Sequence record: SRR22947725_830 | DNA: 58,360 nucleotides | Direction: 5' to 3' (one strand) | Part shown: piece after piece, positions 18,893 to 27,199 of the stretch | Numbering within the stretch: position 1 is the first letter of the stretch | Layout of the letters: each line of letters opens with the position of its first letter | Made by a program: the position numbers and the translations under genes | The notes under the pieces: model-generated | Database searches by the model: none | Seen by the model: only the letters and a program-made list of their open reading frames with translations | What the model was told of the DNA's origin: nothing

Positions 18893-19657
18893 ATGTCATT
18901 GAAATATAATATCAGTCCTAAATACTCTTTTCTTAAAGAAGCAATTCTTGACGTCAAAAAGAATTTTCGTTCAACAGGAGAATCGATTAAATCAGGGCGT
19001 AATCATTTAAAAATTATCGATTTAGATAATAAAAAATTCGTGGTTAAATCCTTTAAAAAACCAACTGCTATCAAGAGGTATACTTACGGTAATATTTTTC
19101 CATCCAAAGCAAAGCGCTCATTTGATTATGCCAATATTCTGATTTCAAAAGGAATTCATACACCAGAACCCGTAGCGTATATAGAGCACTATACAGGATT
19201 ACAATTTCAAGAAAGCTTCTATATCTCTGAATACTATTCATCTGATTATGATTTAAGCGTCTTATTTACAGAAAGAGGTGATAATAAGACTCCATTTAAA
19301 GACAGTGAAACCCTTTGGACAGCTTTTGTGAAGTTTACCTTGGAATTGCATCATCAGGGGATAGATCACTTGGATTATACCCGTAGAAATGTCTTAATTA
19401 CACAACAGGGTAATGAGTATAGTTTTTCGATTGTTGATTTAAATAGAATTGATTTTAAATCGCTTTCTTTGCGCGACAGAATGAAATCTTTATCTCGAAT
19501 AACTTCCGATAGCGATCTTGTCAAGATGATAGCTAAATACTATAGCGCCGAATCTGATTATGATTATGATAAATGCTTATACTTATTACAGTATTTTGTG
19601 CGAGAGCATCAAAGGTATTGGGATACGAAAAGACAATTAAAACGTATGTTTAAATAA
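18893..19657 (+). CDS. Lipopolysaccharide kinase (Kdo/WaaP/InaA family)
   Basis: GRN..K, VKSFKKP, SKAKRSF, TPEPVAY, LH..GI.H.D....N, VDLNR. Confidence 0.85.
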   Translation: MSLKYNISPKYSFLKEAILDVKKNFRSTGESIKSGRNHLKIIDLDNKKFVVKSFKKPTAIKRYTYGNIFPSKAKRSFDYANILISKGIHTPEPVAYIEHYTGLQFQESFYISEYYSSDYDLSVLFTERGDNKTPFKDSETLWTAFVKFTLELHHQGIDHLDYTRRNVLITQQGNEYSFSIVDLNRIDFKSLSLRDRMKSLSRITSDSDLVKMIAKYYSAESDYDYDKCLYLLQYFVREHQRYWDTKRQLKRMFK

Positions 19658-19687
19658 GAAAGGCGCTTTCGACCAAGCGCCTTTCTT
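19656..19687. terminator. Bidirectional intrinsic terminator
   Basis: Perfect 13-bp stem AAGAAAGGCGCTT-TCGACC-AAGCGCCTTTCTT between convergent genes. Confidence 0.85.
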
Positions 19688-19719
19688 GTTTGAAGGTAAC
19701 ACTGAGAAAATCTTAATGC

Positions 19720-20313
19720 TTAATCATTACTCATAATTTTTGAATCATCATATGTTCCATTCTTCTTGGCTGCTGCAATGGCGTCAGGGAAGAGATGTTC
19801 ATAAGATACTTTCACTTCTTCGTTATCACGATACGTGACAATTTCTTCAACGTCCGCTAAGGACTCTTTTTGTTCTAGCTCTAGATTGCCTTCGTTATTA
19901 TTGACAATAACGACTTCTCCTACAACTGTCTTAATTTCATAAAAATAATCGGTAGTATATCGTTCCCCATACCATTCAAAGGTTTGGCCAGGGCCTAACT
20001 GTGTTCGTGCATTAGCAAATGCTTCCCTGAAACTGATATCTCCATTCTTAGCTAACATATTTTTATTATCCCATTCATCTACAATCATATCAGATTCGTC
20101 TTCAAATGCAATCACTGACACTTCTAGTGGTTGGGGGGTACTAACGTCTTCAGTGACCTGTTCTGCTACGTCTGCGATAACGACTTTTGCAACATCTTGA
20201 TCAAAGGCTGTGTTAGAGGTTAATATTACTTCTTCTGTTTCATTCATGATGAAAAGAAGCGATCCGATGCAGAGTGTTACTCCGCCAAGGACAAACTTTT
20301 CAATATTATTCAT
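19720..20313 (-). CDS. Hypothetical acidic membrane-anchored protein with an SFxEAFxxAR...FEW.G..YTT module
   Basis: N-terminal hydrophobic helix; GGAG RBS upstream; compact aromatic motif within acidic linkers. Confidence 0.65.
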   Translation of the reverse strand: MNNIEKFVLGGVTLCIGSLLFIMNETEEVILTSNTAFDQDVAKVVIADVAEQVTEDVSTPQPLEVSVIAFEDESDMIVDEWDNKNMLAKNGDISFREAFANARTQLGPGQTFEWYGERYTTDYFYEIKTVVGEVVIVNNNEGNLELEQKESLADVEEIVTYRDNEEVKVSYEHLFPDAIAAAKKNGTYDDSKIMSND

Positions 20314-20362
20314 TTATTGTAACTCCGTTGTTTGTGCCTCTTGATTTCGCTTTCATATTCTA

Positions 20363-20390
20363 TATACATTTAATTTTCATTTTTGTTTCA
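20363..20390 (-). promoter_or_regulatory. Putative ECF-sigma (SigW-like) promoter TGAAAC-N16-TGTATA
   Basis: One mismatch to TGAAAC-N16-CGTA; 50 bp upstream of the 20313 start. Confidence 0.45.
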
Positions 20391-20410
20391 AATTTTTTAT
20401 AACTTTTGAT

Positions 20411-21406
20411 ATGGAAAAAGTATTTGTAAGCGGCGGATCAGGGTTTATATCTCTACATTTAATCTCAAAACTCATTCAAGAAGGGTATCAAGTTCGAACA
20501 TCATTACGTTCGTTAGACCGTAAACAAGAAGTCATTGATGCCGTAGAAAAAGAAGTATCTACAAAGGGAATGCTTGAATTCTGTGAACTTGATTTATTAA
20601 AAGATGAAGGGTGGGATGAAGCAGTTGCTGGATGTGACTTTGTACAACATATTGCCTCACCAATTCCTACTACTAATTCTAATGATTATGATGTTGTAGT
20701 AAAACCTGCTGTAAATGGCATTAAACGATGCCTTAACGCTGCGTTAAAGAATAATATCAAACGCTTTGTCATGACATCATCCGTTGCATCCGTAGGAGGG
20801 TCAAATCACAAAAATGAATATGATGATACCGATTGGACTGATTTAACCATGGATGTAGGGCCGTATCAAACCAGTAAAACCAAAGCAGAGCAATATTTAT
20901 GGGACTTTATGAAAGAACATGAAGGGAAGACGGACATGGAAGCAGTAGCTATTAATCCTTCGATGGTCTTTGGTAATTCGTTATCAGATGATATTGGTGC
21001 TTCTAATATTCTTGTGAAGCGTTTAATTGATGGATCGATGCCATTCACCTTAAATATTTGTATTAATATCGTTCATATAAAAGATGTAGCCGACTTACAC
21101 TTTGAAGCCATGATTAATGATAAAGCTCCCGGTAAACGCTTTATCGCATCTAATAATCATATGTTCTTTCCTGAAATTGCTAAAGTGCTCAATGATAATG
21201 GGTTTAAAGCACCCAAAAGAAATTTACCAACCCTCTTAGCTAGAATATTAGGAAGGTTTGATAAGCAACTATCGTTTTTCTTAAAAGATATAGACATTCT
21301 TCGTATTTATCATTCCAATAACGCACGAGATATCTTAGGGTTCAAGTTTAGAAGTTCTGAATCTGCAATTGTTGATGCTGCTAAGCAAATTAATACATTG
21401 CTTTAA
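20411..21406 (+). CDS. NAD-dependent epimerase/dehydratase, aldehyde/dihydroflavonol-reductase-like extended SDR
   Basis: VSGGSGFI, HIASP, TSS, YQTSK (YxxxK), INPSMV. Confidence 0.9.
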   Translation: MEKVFVSGGSGFISLHLISKLIQEGYQVRTSLRSLDRKQEVIDAVEKEVSTKGMLEFCELDLLKDEGWDEAVAGCDFVQHIASPIPTTNSNDYDVVVKPAVNGIKRCLNAALKNNIKRFVMTSSVASVGGSNHKNEYDDTDWTDLTMDVGPYQTSKTKAEQYLWDFMKEHEGKTDMEAVAINPSMVFGNSLSDDIGASNILVKRLIDGSMPFTLNICINIVHIKDVADLHFEAMINDKAPGKRFIASNNHMFFPEIAKVLNDNGFKAPKRNLPTLLARILGRFDKQLSFFLKDIDILRIYHSNNARDILGFKFRSSESAIVDAAKQINTLL

Positions 21407-21428
21407 TAGTTTTTTGTAAATTTGATTT

Positions 21429-22880
21429 ATGCAGAATTCATTTGAGCATTTTAAAAATTTAATTAAAGACGATCTTGAAAATTTATATGTAGATAATTAC
21501 CGCATCGACGCAGAAGAGTTAAAAAGTACAAAAAATCCAAATATTTTCTATGTCAGTGGCAGATTAAATACGTACAAGCAATTATTTCTAAGATGTTCAC
21601 AAAAGTCAAATTTTAATAGATTTAATAAATATCAGATTTGGGAGAATGAACACGAAGGAGAGTGGAGAACATTCATAAAATTTGAACTATTTGATATTAA
21701 TTCATTTTTTGAGGGTTATGATAAAACAATGGATGAAATTCACTCTTATAATCAGGAACATTATCCATCCGTTAAGGAAGATATACTCAAGCCGTCAAAA
21801 CGACTCTTTGAAATGATAAAATTTCTTGGAATTAAAGATAAATTTCGAAGTAATAGATTTGCAGAAATCTTATCTCAAAAAACTCATATAAGTCATTTTG
21901 CATATAAATATATAAAGCACATCAATGACCAACCAAGGGATATTATTGAAGAGCTGATAGGTGAATACAAATTACGATCAAAACGAAGTCAGTATTATAA
22001 AGTAAAGAAAAGGAAACAAATTACTGCTTCAGATATCTCTGAATATATTTTTTGCCCAGCAAGTTTTTCAATCAAGAACACATTTGAAGTTCCTCCAAGC
22101 AAACAAATGAAAAGCGGAACAATAATGCATGAAAAAAAATATTTGGATAAGTTTATTTTTAATTTAATAAATAAAAGATCAAATTATTCATTTATCCCGG
22201 ATTCTTATTACAGCGAACTACAACAAAGTGAAGATCTTGATGAAGCTAAATTTGGAAAACTCAAAGAAAAGTATCAAAAAAATAATAGAAAACTATTTAA
22301 CGAAATATCTAATGGTATGTATTCAAATATATTAAAATCTAAAATAGTTTTCAGGGGGCATCGTGATGGTGACTCAAACCTTAAATCAAAGAAGAGTAAC
22401 TTACATGAACTTATTAAGTTTAGTAAAATATTTTCTACCAAGGATAATTCGGTGGTGGGGGTTCCAGATTATATTTTTAAGCAGCAGGATGGTAAAAAGT
22501 TTATTGTTGAAGAAAAACATACTTGGCAAGAGAATGTAAATAATGCTTTTGATAATCATGAAATGCAAGTTTTAGGTTATATGAATATGATAGAGCATAA
22601 TATAAAAAAAATAATTCCTGGCTATTTAATTTATTTTACATGGGGTTACTATAAAGGAAAAATATCTTCAAATAAAGTTAAACTATTTAAGGTAGAACCT
22701 ACATTAGATAAACAAAAAAAGTTAAAAAATACAATTGATAGCTTGAAGAGTTTTATCAAAACAGGTAAGGTAAAGTTTTCAAAGAGATCTATCGATAAAT
22801 GCATTGGCTGTACATCAAGAGTTTTTTGCGATCATGTTAATGGAGATGTAGAACAAGTTACTTTCCCATACAATTCTTAA
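21429..22880 (+). CDS. Solo Cas4-like PD-(D/E)xK nuclease with four-Cys Fe-S motif and long N-terminal extension
   Basis: ITASDISEYIFCP, G..MHE, GVPD, VEEK, QVLGY (QxxxY), C-terminal CIGCTSRVFC. Confidence 0.8.
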   Translation: MQNSFEHFKNLIKDDLENLYVDNYRIDAEELKSTKNPNIFYVSGRLNTYKQLFLRCSQKSNFNRFNKYQIWENEHEGEWRTFIKFELFDINSFFEGYDKTMDEIHSYNQEHYPSVKEDILKPSKRLFEMIKFLGIKDKFRSNRFAEILSQKTHISHFAYKYIKHINDQPRDIIEELIGEYKLRSKRSQYYKVKKRKQITASDISEYIFCPASFSIKNTFEVPPSKQMKSGTIMHEKKYLDKFIFNLINKRSNYSFIPDSYYSELQQSEDLDEAKFGKLKEKYQKNNRKLFNEISNGMYSNILKSKIVFRGHRDGDSNLKSKKSNLHELIKFSKIFSTKDNSVVGVPDYIFKQQDGKKFIVEEKHTWQENVNNAFDNHEMQVLGYMNMIEHNIKKIIPGYLIYFTWGYYKGKISSNKVKLFKVEPTLDKQKKLKNTIDSLKSFIKTGKVKFSKRSIDKCIGCTSRVFCDHVNGDVEQVTFPYNS

Positions 22881-22898
22881 AACAAAATTTATCCAATG

Positions 22899-23047
22899 TT
22901 TTATGCAAGGCATGGCTTGCAAAAAGGCCTATTTTGTGAGCCAAAGAATTTCTCGACATAAAATATTAAATATTTAAAAATCAATGGCTTGCAAAAACGC
23001 ATAAAATGCAAGCTATTGTCTGCAATGCATATAAAATGAAAGCCAAA
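22899..23047. repeat. Cluster of direct and inverted copies of a TGGCTTGCA-core motif
   Basis: ATGGCTTGCAAAAA(G/C)GC at 22912 and 22984; inverted variants at 22899-22913, 23001-23017 and 23031-23047. Confidence 0.7.
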
Positions 23048-23096
23048 CACATTAAAAATAACATTATAACTAGTTCTAATATTATTATATTTAATT

Positions 23097-23939
23097 GTGA
23101 AACCGTTTATAAAGTGGGCAGGAGGCAAGTATAGACTTGCAGATAAGCTAATTACATTGATTCCCTCATCTTTTAATCACTCAAAAAATACTTATATTGA
23201 ACCAATGGTAGGTTCTGGTGGCTTCTTTTTTAAATATGCACCAAAACAGTCCTATTTGTCGGATATAAATCAAAACCTTATAATTACCTACAATATCATT
23301 AAAAATGATGTGAACACACTAATTTCAAGCTTAAAAGAACATCAAGAACTACATAATAAAGAATATTTTTATGACCAGCGTAAAAAATTTAATGAATTAA
23401 TAACAAGCAGTGGATCTGATATAGATATCGCTTCTTTGTTTATTTATCTAAATCGTACATGCTTTAATGGGCTTTATAGAGAGAATTCAAAAGGTGAGTT
23501 TAATGTACCGATAGGTAGTTATAAAAATCCTCTAATATGTGACGAAATGAATCTTCTATCTGTACACAAAATTTTGCAAAATATTATTATTCAATGCCAT
23601 GGATATGAACATGTAAATCCCAAGGAAGGAGACTTCGTTTATTTTGATCCTCCATATATACCGTTAGATAAAACTTCATTTACAAAATACTCTAGTGATG
23701 ACTTTGGTGAAAAAGATCATAGAAATTTAGCAGATTTTTGTTGTAAACTTAGTGAGAATGGAATTTTTTTCATGATATCAAATTCAAATACTGTATTGAC
23801 TAAAGAAATTTATGCTCAATTCAATCTTAAAGAAATTCAAGTAATGCGTACTATTGCTGGGTCACAGTCTAAAAGAGGAATGGCAAATGAACTGATAATT
23901 ACCAACTATAAAAAGTTTGCTCAAAAGGAACTGTTTTAA
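23097..23939 (+). CDS. Dam/D12-class N6-adenine DNA methyltransferase
   Basis: KWAGGK, EPMVGSGG (motif I), YLNRTCFNGLYRENSKGEFNVP.G, YFDPPY, ISNS, ELIITNY; GTG start. Confidence 0.95.
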   Translation: MKPFIKWAGGKYRLADKLITLIPSSFNHSKNTYIEPMVGSGGFFFKYAPKQSYLSDINQNLIITYNIIKNDVNTLISSLKEHQELHNKEYFYDQRKKFNELITSSGSDIDIASLFIYLNRTCFNGLYRENSKGEFNVPIGSYKNPLICDEMNLLSVHKILQNIIIQCHGYEHVNPKEGDFVYFDPPYIPLDKTSFTKYSSDDFGEKDHRNLADFCCKLSENGIFFMISNSNTVLTKEIYAQFNLKEIQVMRTIAGSQSKRGMANELIITNYKKFAQKELF

Positions 23940-26452
23940 TGTCACCTAACGCCGCAATTAAAGATTTGACTAATATATACAAGCCTTCAAGACAAACGGC
24001 GGTTATAAATAATGAAATTTCAATTAGAAAAAATGAAAATTCAAATCCAGAAACCGCTGATTGGAAGAAATTTGAAAATGAATTTTGGATTGAGATAGAA
24101 AAATTTAGAACCGAAATATCTTTTATAACCTGTGAAAAGACAATCCCAGGTACATCTGCAGAAAAAAGTAGATATATATGGGGCGAAGGATCTCAAAGAA
24201 ACCAGCAAATTGACTGTCTTTTCATTAGAAAAAATATTGCTTTTTATTGTGGAGTTACTAAAAGGAATGATCAAATAACAGCAAAGATTGAAGAATTTAA
24301 AAGAGAGAGGGATAGGGTAAAAAGAGCCGGAATTAAAGATTACTTATCTGCTAATCATGCTCCCTCAAATCAGGAAATAGACCAGATCATATTTATCTTT
24401 GTTTCTCATAAAAATCTTACTAGCGGTATGAAAGATCTACTAGAAAACTATAATATACCTTACCTAGAAAAAAGACATTTATCGTATTTGAAGTCTATCC
24501 ATAAAGCCTACGGTAAACATCACAGATTAGCTTTTAATAATTTTGTTCAAGATATTTTAAGGTCAAAAGTAGTTGCAGGAAATAACATTCAATTACCCGC
24601 AATACAATATAAATATCGCACACTTAGTAGAGGTAATGGTCACTGTTACTCATTTATTGTACATCCATCGGATATTTTAGATTTATGCTCTGTTATACAT
24701 AGAAAAAGTAATTTTGATCTTGATAAATCTTATCAAAGATTCGTTGAAAAGAGTAGATTGGACAGTATTTTAAATTTTGTTGATTCGAACAAGCAATTTG
24801 CAAACAATATTATTCTTCAATCAGATGAAATTCAAGCATCGAATTTTTCTCCAGCAACTTCAACTTCAGAGTCTGAAAATCATAAATTAATTAATGATCC
24901 TAACAAAGATTACAAAGTTGGTATTCTAAAACTACCTACATTTGTTGGAACCATGAGTATTATCGATGGTCAGCACAGATTGTTTGGCTACGATGGTTCA
25001 GTCAGTAAAAATAAACATTTTGTAAACGTTGTTTTATTTGATAAAACGTTAGGTGAAACTGAACAAATGAAGTTATTTATGGATATAAACGACACCCAAA
25101 AAGCCTTAAACAAAAACCTCAAATGGGAGCTTTATGAAAACACGCTTGAAGCAAGTACTGATCGGTATAAGATTTCAAAATTTATGAATAAAATAACTCG
25201 AGATCTAAATTTTGAACTTTATAAAAAAATGACACTTGGAATTCCTTTGGAAGAAGATAAAGAAAAGAATGTTTCCCTCACAATAGCTGGATTTTGCGAT
25301 GAACTATATGTAACAAAACCTTATAATAATAATGAACGGTTATTTAGTTATTTATCGTCAAAGTTTAATAATGATAATACAAAAATTGAAAAAGTTATTA
25401 ATGGTTTTTTAAAAACCTTTAAAGATAAATGCAATACTGATTGGGTTTTAAATAGTAACGGAATAATCCTTAATGGTTCTGTTTTTAGATCCTTGATGAT
25501 TATTATGAGGGAAGTATTAGATTTTTGGACTTCCAACGGAACTTTTAGTCAAAAAACTTCAGATCTTGATAATATAAATTTAAATTTTGAAGAAGTTCTT
25601 GAGAATCTTTATGAATGGATAAACAATTTAGAGCAATATCAGAAAACTAAATTTAAAGATGAAAATAAAGGTGGCAGCGCAGTTAAAAATATCGCAATTT
25701 TTTTTGCTGATAAAATAAAAGATAAAAACGGTCAATCTGATTTTGCAATTCACTTACGTTCACTTGGAGGTAAAAATGTTGAACTAGTCGATCACTTATT
25801 AAATATTTTAAATAATTGCGGTGAAACAGAAGATCTAGAAGCAAAGTTAAGTATTTATGGACTTAGTCCTGATATTTCCAATAGAAAGCAAACAGCTGAA
25901 AAACAATTAAAAGGTTGTAATGCATTTTATAATCATATTGGTGGAAGAATTATTGTTGGTATAGAAGATCGTGGGAATGGAATGCCACCTGGAGAAAATC
26001 AATTTATTATAAAAGGGTGTGATGATGAAATTCGTGGTAATACCAGTACTGGAAATTTTGAAGAATATGAAGATAAAATTATTTCTTTAGTTAAAAAACA
26101 CTCAAATAATAAAATAATAGCAAAAGTAAAAAAAATAAGATATTTAGATAAGAATGTTGTTATTATAAATATAAAGCATAAACAAAATATTAATGCTGTT
26201 GGTGACTTCCAGAAAATGTTTTATCAACATATTAGAGAACTAAAGGAGATGAATCCCAAGCCAAGCTATGGAAGGAATTCACATCAGTCAGAAATGATGA
26301 ATACGGATAATCAAGCTCAATTTTTAAGAGATAGAAATGATTCATTAGAGAATCTAGAGTTTCTTTCTTTAAGTAAATATTTGGAAGTTATGGAAAGTAG
26401 GAATTTTAAGCCCTATCAGATGCAACAACATGATTTCAGATTAAAGATTTAG
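23939..26452 (+). CDS. DGQHR (DndB/ParB-like) domain protein with degenerate N-terminal REase-like region and C-terminal Schlafen/AlbA_2-like domain
   Basis: FENEFW...QQIDCLF (N-term); YQR..EKSRL..I, FANNII, IIDGQHRLFGY, LF.DIN.TQK (centre); GETEDLEAK...AFYNHIGGRIIVGIED...IKG (C-term); TAATG coupling to the MTase. Confidence 0.85.
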   Translation: MSPNAAIKDLTNIYKPSRQTAVINNEISIRKNENSNPETADWKKFENEFWIEIEKFRTEISFITCEKTIPGTSAEKSRYIWGEGSQRNQQIDCLFIRKNIAFYCGVTKRNDQITAKIEEFKRERDRVKRAGIKDYLSANHAPSNQEIDQIIFIFVSHKNLTSGMKDLLENYNIPYLEKRHLSYLKSIHKAYGKHHRLAFNNFVQDILRSKVVAGNNIQLPAIQYKYRTLSRGNGHCYSFIVHPSDILDLCSVIHRKSNFDLDKSYQRFVEKSRLDSILNFVDSNKQFANNIILQSDEIQASNFSPATSTSESENHKLINDPNKDYKVGILKLPTFVGTMSIIDGQHRLFGYDGSVSKNKHFVNVVLFDKTLGETEQMKLFMDINDTQKALNKNLKWELYENTLEASTDRYKISKFMNKITRDLNFELYKKMTLGIPLEEDKEKNVSLTIAGFCDELYVTKPYNNNERLFSYLSSKFNNDNTKIEKVINGFLKTFKDKCNTDWVLNSNGIILNGSVFRSLMIIMREVLDFWTSNGTFSQKTSDLDNINLNFEEVLENLYEWINNLEQYQKTKFKDENKGGSAVKNIAIFFADKIKDKNGQSDFAIHLRSLGGKNVELVDHLLNILNNCGETEDLEAKLSIYGLSPDISNRKQTAEKQLKGCNAFYNHIGGRIIVGIEDRGNGMPPGENQFIIKGCDDEIRGNTSTGNFEEYEDKIISLVKKHSNNKIIAKVKKIRYLDKNVVIINIKHKQNINAVGDFQKMFYQHIRELKEMNPKPSYGRNSHQSEMMNTDNQAQFLRDRNDSLENLEFLSLSKYLEVMESRNFKPYQMQQHDFRLKI

Positions 26453-26455
26453 TAT

Positions 26456-26483
26456 TTTACGTATAATATATATTATGTATAAT
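26456..26483 (+). other. dif: dif site (XerC/XerD chromosome dimer resolution site)
   Basis: TTTACGTATAA-TATATA-TTATGTATAAT, an 11-6-11 layout versus E. coli GGTGCGCATAA-TGTATA-TTATGTTAAAT; close to the global gene-orientation switch. Confidence 0.85.
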
Positions 26484-26492
26484 TGGGGGAAT

Positions 26493-27155
26493 ATGAGAAA
26501 TACACTAGGTAAAAATACAAGGAGACTACTACTCTCCTATATCGGACTACTCACTTTAGCAGCATTCTTTTATGGTGGTGGAAACTATATTGAAAAACAA
26601 ACACCCTACTATAACTTTTTTACAAATTTTATAAGTGACTTAGGTCGTACAACTAGCCATTCTGGTGCTGATAACACCATATCTATTGTTTTATTTTCAA
26701 TGGGAATGTTAACTCAAATCATTGCTTCATTTTATTATCTTTTTAATGCTGCAGAGTATTTTTCAAAAGATAAACCTAAAATAAGTATTGTAGCTAAAAT
26801 TTCAGCTGCACTTGGATCTATTAGTTTGCTTGGAGTTGTTTTTACGCCGGCTGATGTACCATCGCTATATTCCCTTCATATTTTCTTCGCAAATTCAGTG
26901 TTTAACTGCGCTTTGCTGACTTTAGGTATATATGCATACCTTTTTTACTCAAAAGGCTTAAAAAACGTTACATATGCTCTTTTTACTTGTTCTTTAATTG
27001 TTGCCGGATATATAGTCTTTCTTGAGATTGGTCCAGCGCCTTGGAAGTCAATTGAATCCTTAACGATGCATGCAACCTATCAAAAAGTAGCAGTTTTAAG
27101 TCTCGTTGGAACTATTTGGGTTATGTCTAAGGGAACAGACTTACTTGAAACTTAG
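26493..27155 (+). CDS. Multi-pass membrane protein (DUF998-like), paralog 1
   Basis: Y.GG...YNFFTNFISDLGRT, ~6 TM; start moved to ATG 26493 (GGGGGA RBS) because the track's ATG lies inside dif. Confidence 0.7.
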   Translation: MRNTLGKNTRRLLLSYIGLLTLAAFFYGGGNYIEKQTPYYNFFTNFISDLGRTTSHSGADNTISIVLFSMGMLTQIIASFYYLFNAAEYFSKDKPKISIVAKISAALGSISLLGVVFTPADVPSLYSLHIFFANSVFNCALLTLGIYAYLFYSKGLKNVTYALFTCSLIVAGYIVFLEIGPAPWKSIESLTMHATYQKVAVLSLVGTIWVMSKGTDLLET

Positions 27156-27199
27156 ATATATTTTTTTTGAAATTTTATTTCTTTGTGTATATTAGCCGC

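Larger units (their letters stand above)
21429..26483 (+). mobile_element. Putative integrase-free defence islet abutting dif
   Basis: Three defence-type genes ending 3 bp before dif; they look more AT-rich than the flanks by eye (not computed); no recombinase in the window. Confidence 0.5.

Noticed and set aside
22899-23047. CRISPR mini-array next to the Cas4-like gene (72-bp period)
   Set aside because: Only two direct copies of 14-17 bp, no third repeat at the next period, mixed orientations, and no cas1/cas2.
23068-23095. Second dif-like site before dam (…CTAA-TATTA-TTATATTTAAT)
   Set aside because: Spacer is 5 bp, there is no XerC-like arm, and it is almost pure A/T; more likely promoter or background sequence.
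22901-23128. 75-aa minus-strand ORF in the islet spacer
   Set aside because: Overlaps the dam start antisense; the repeated FCKP peptides just reflect the DNA repeats; no recognisable domain or RBS.
23939-26452. Complete Dnd phosphorothioation system
   Set aside because: Only a DGQHR/DndB-like domain is present; no dndA/C/D/E or dndFGH in the window.
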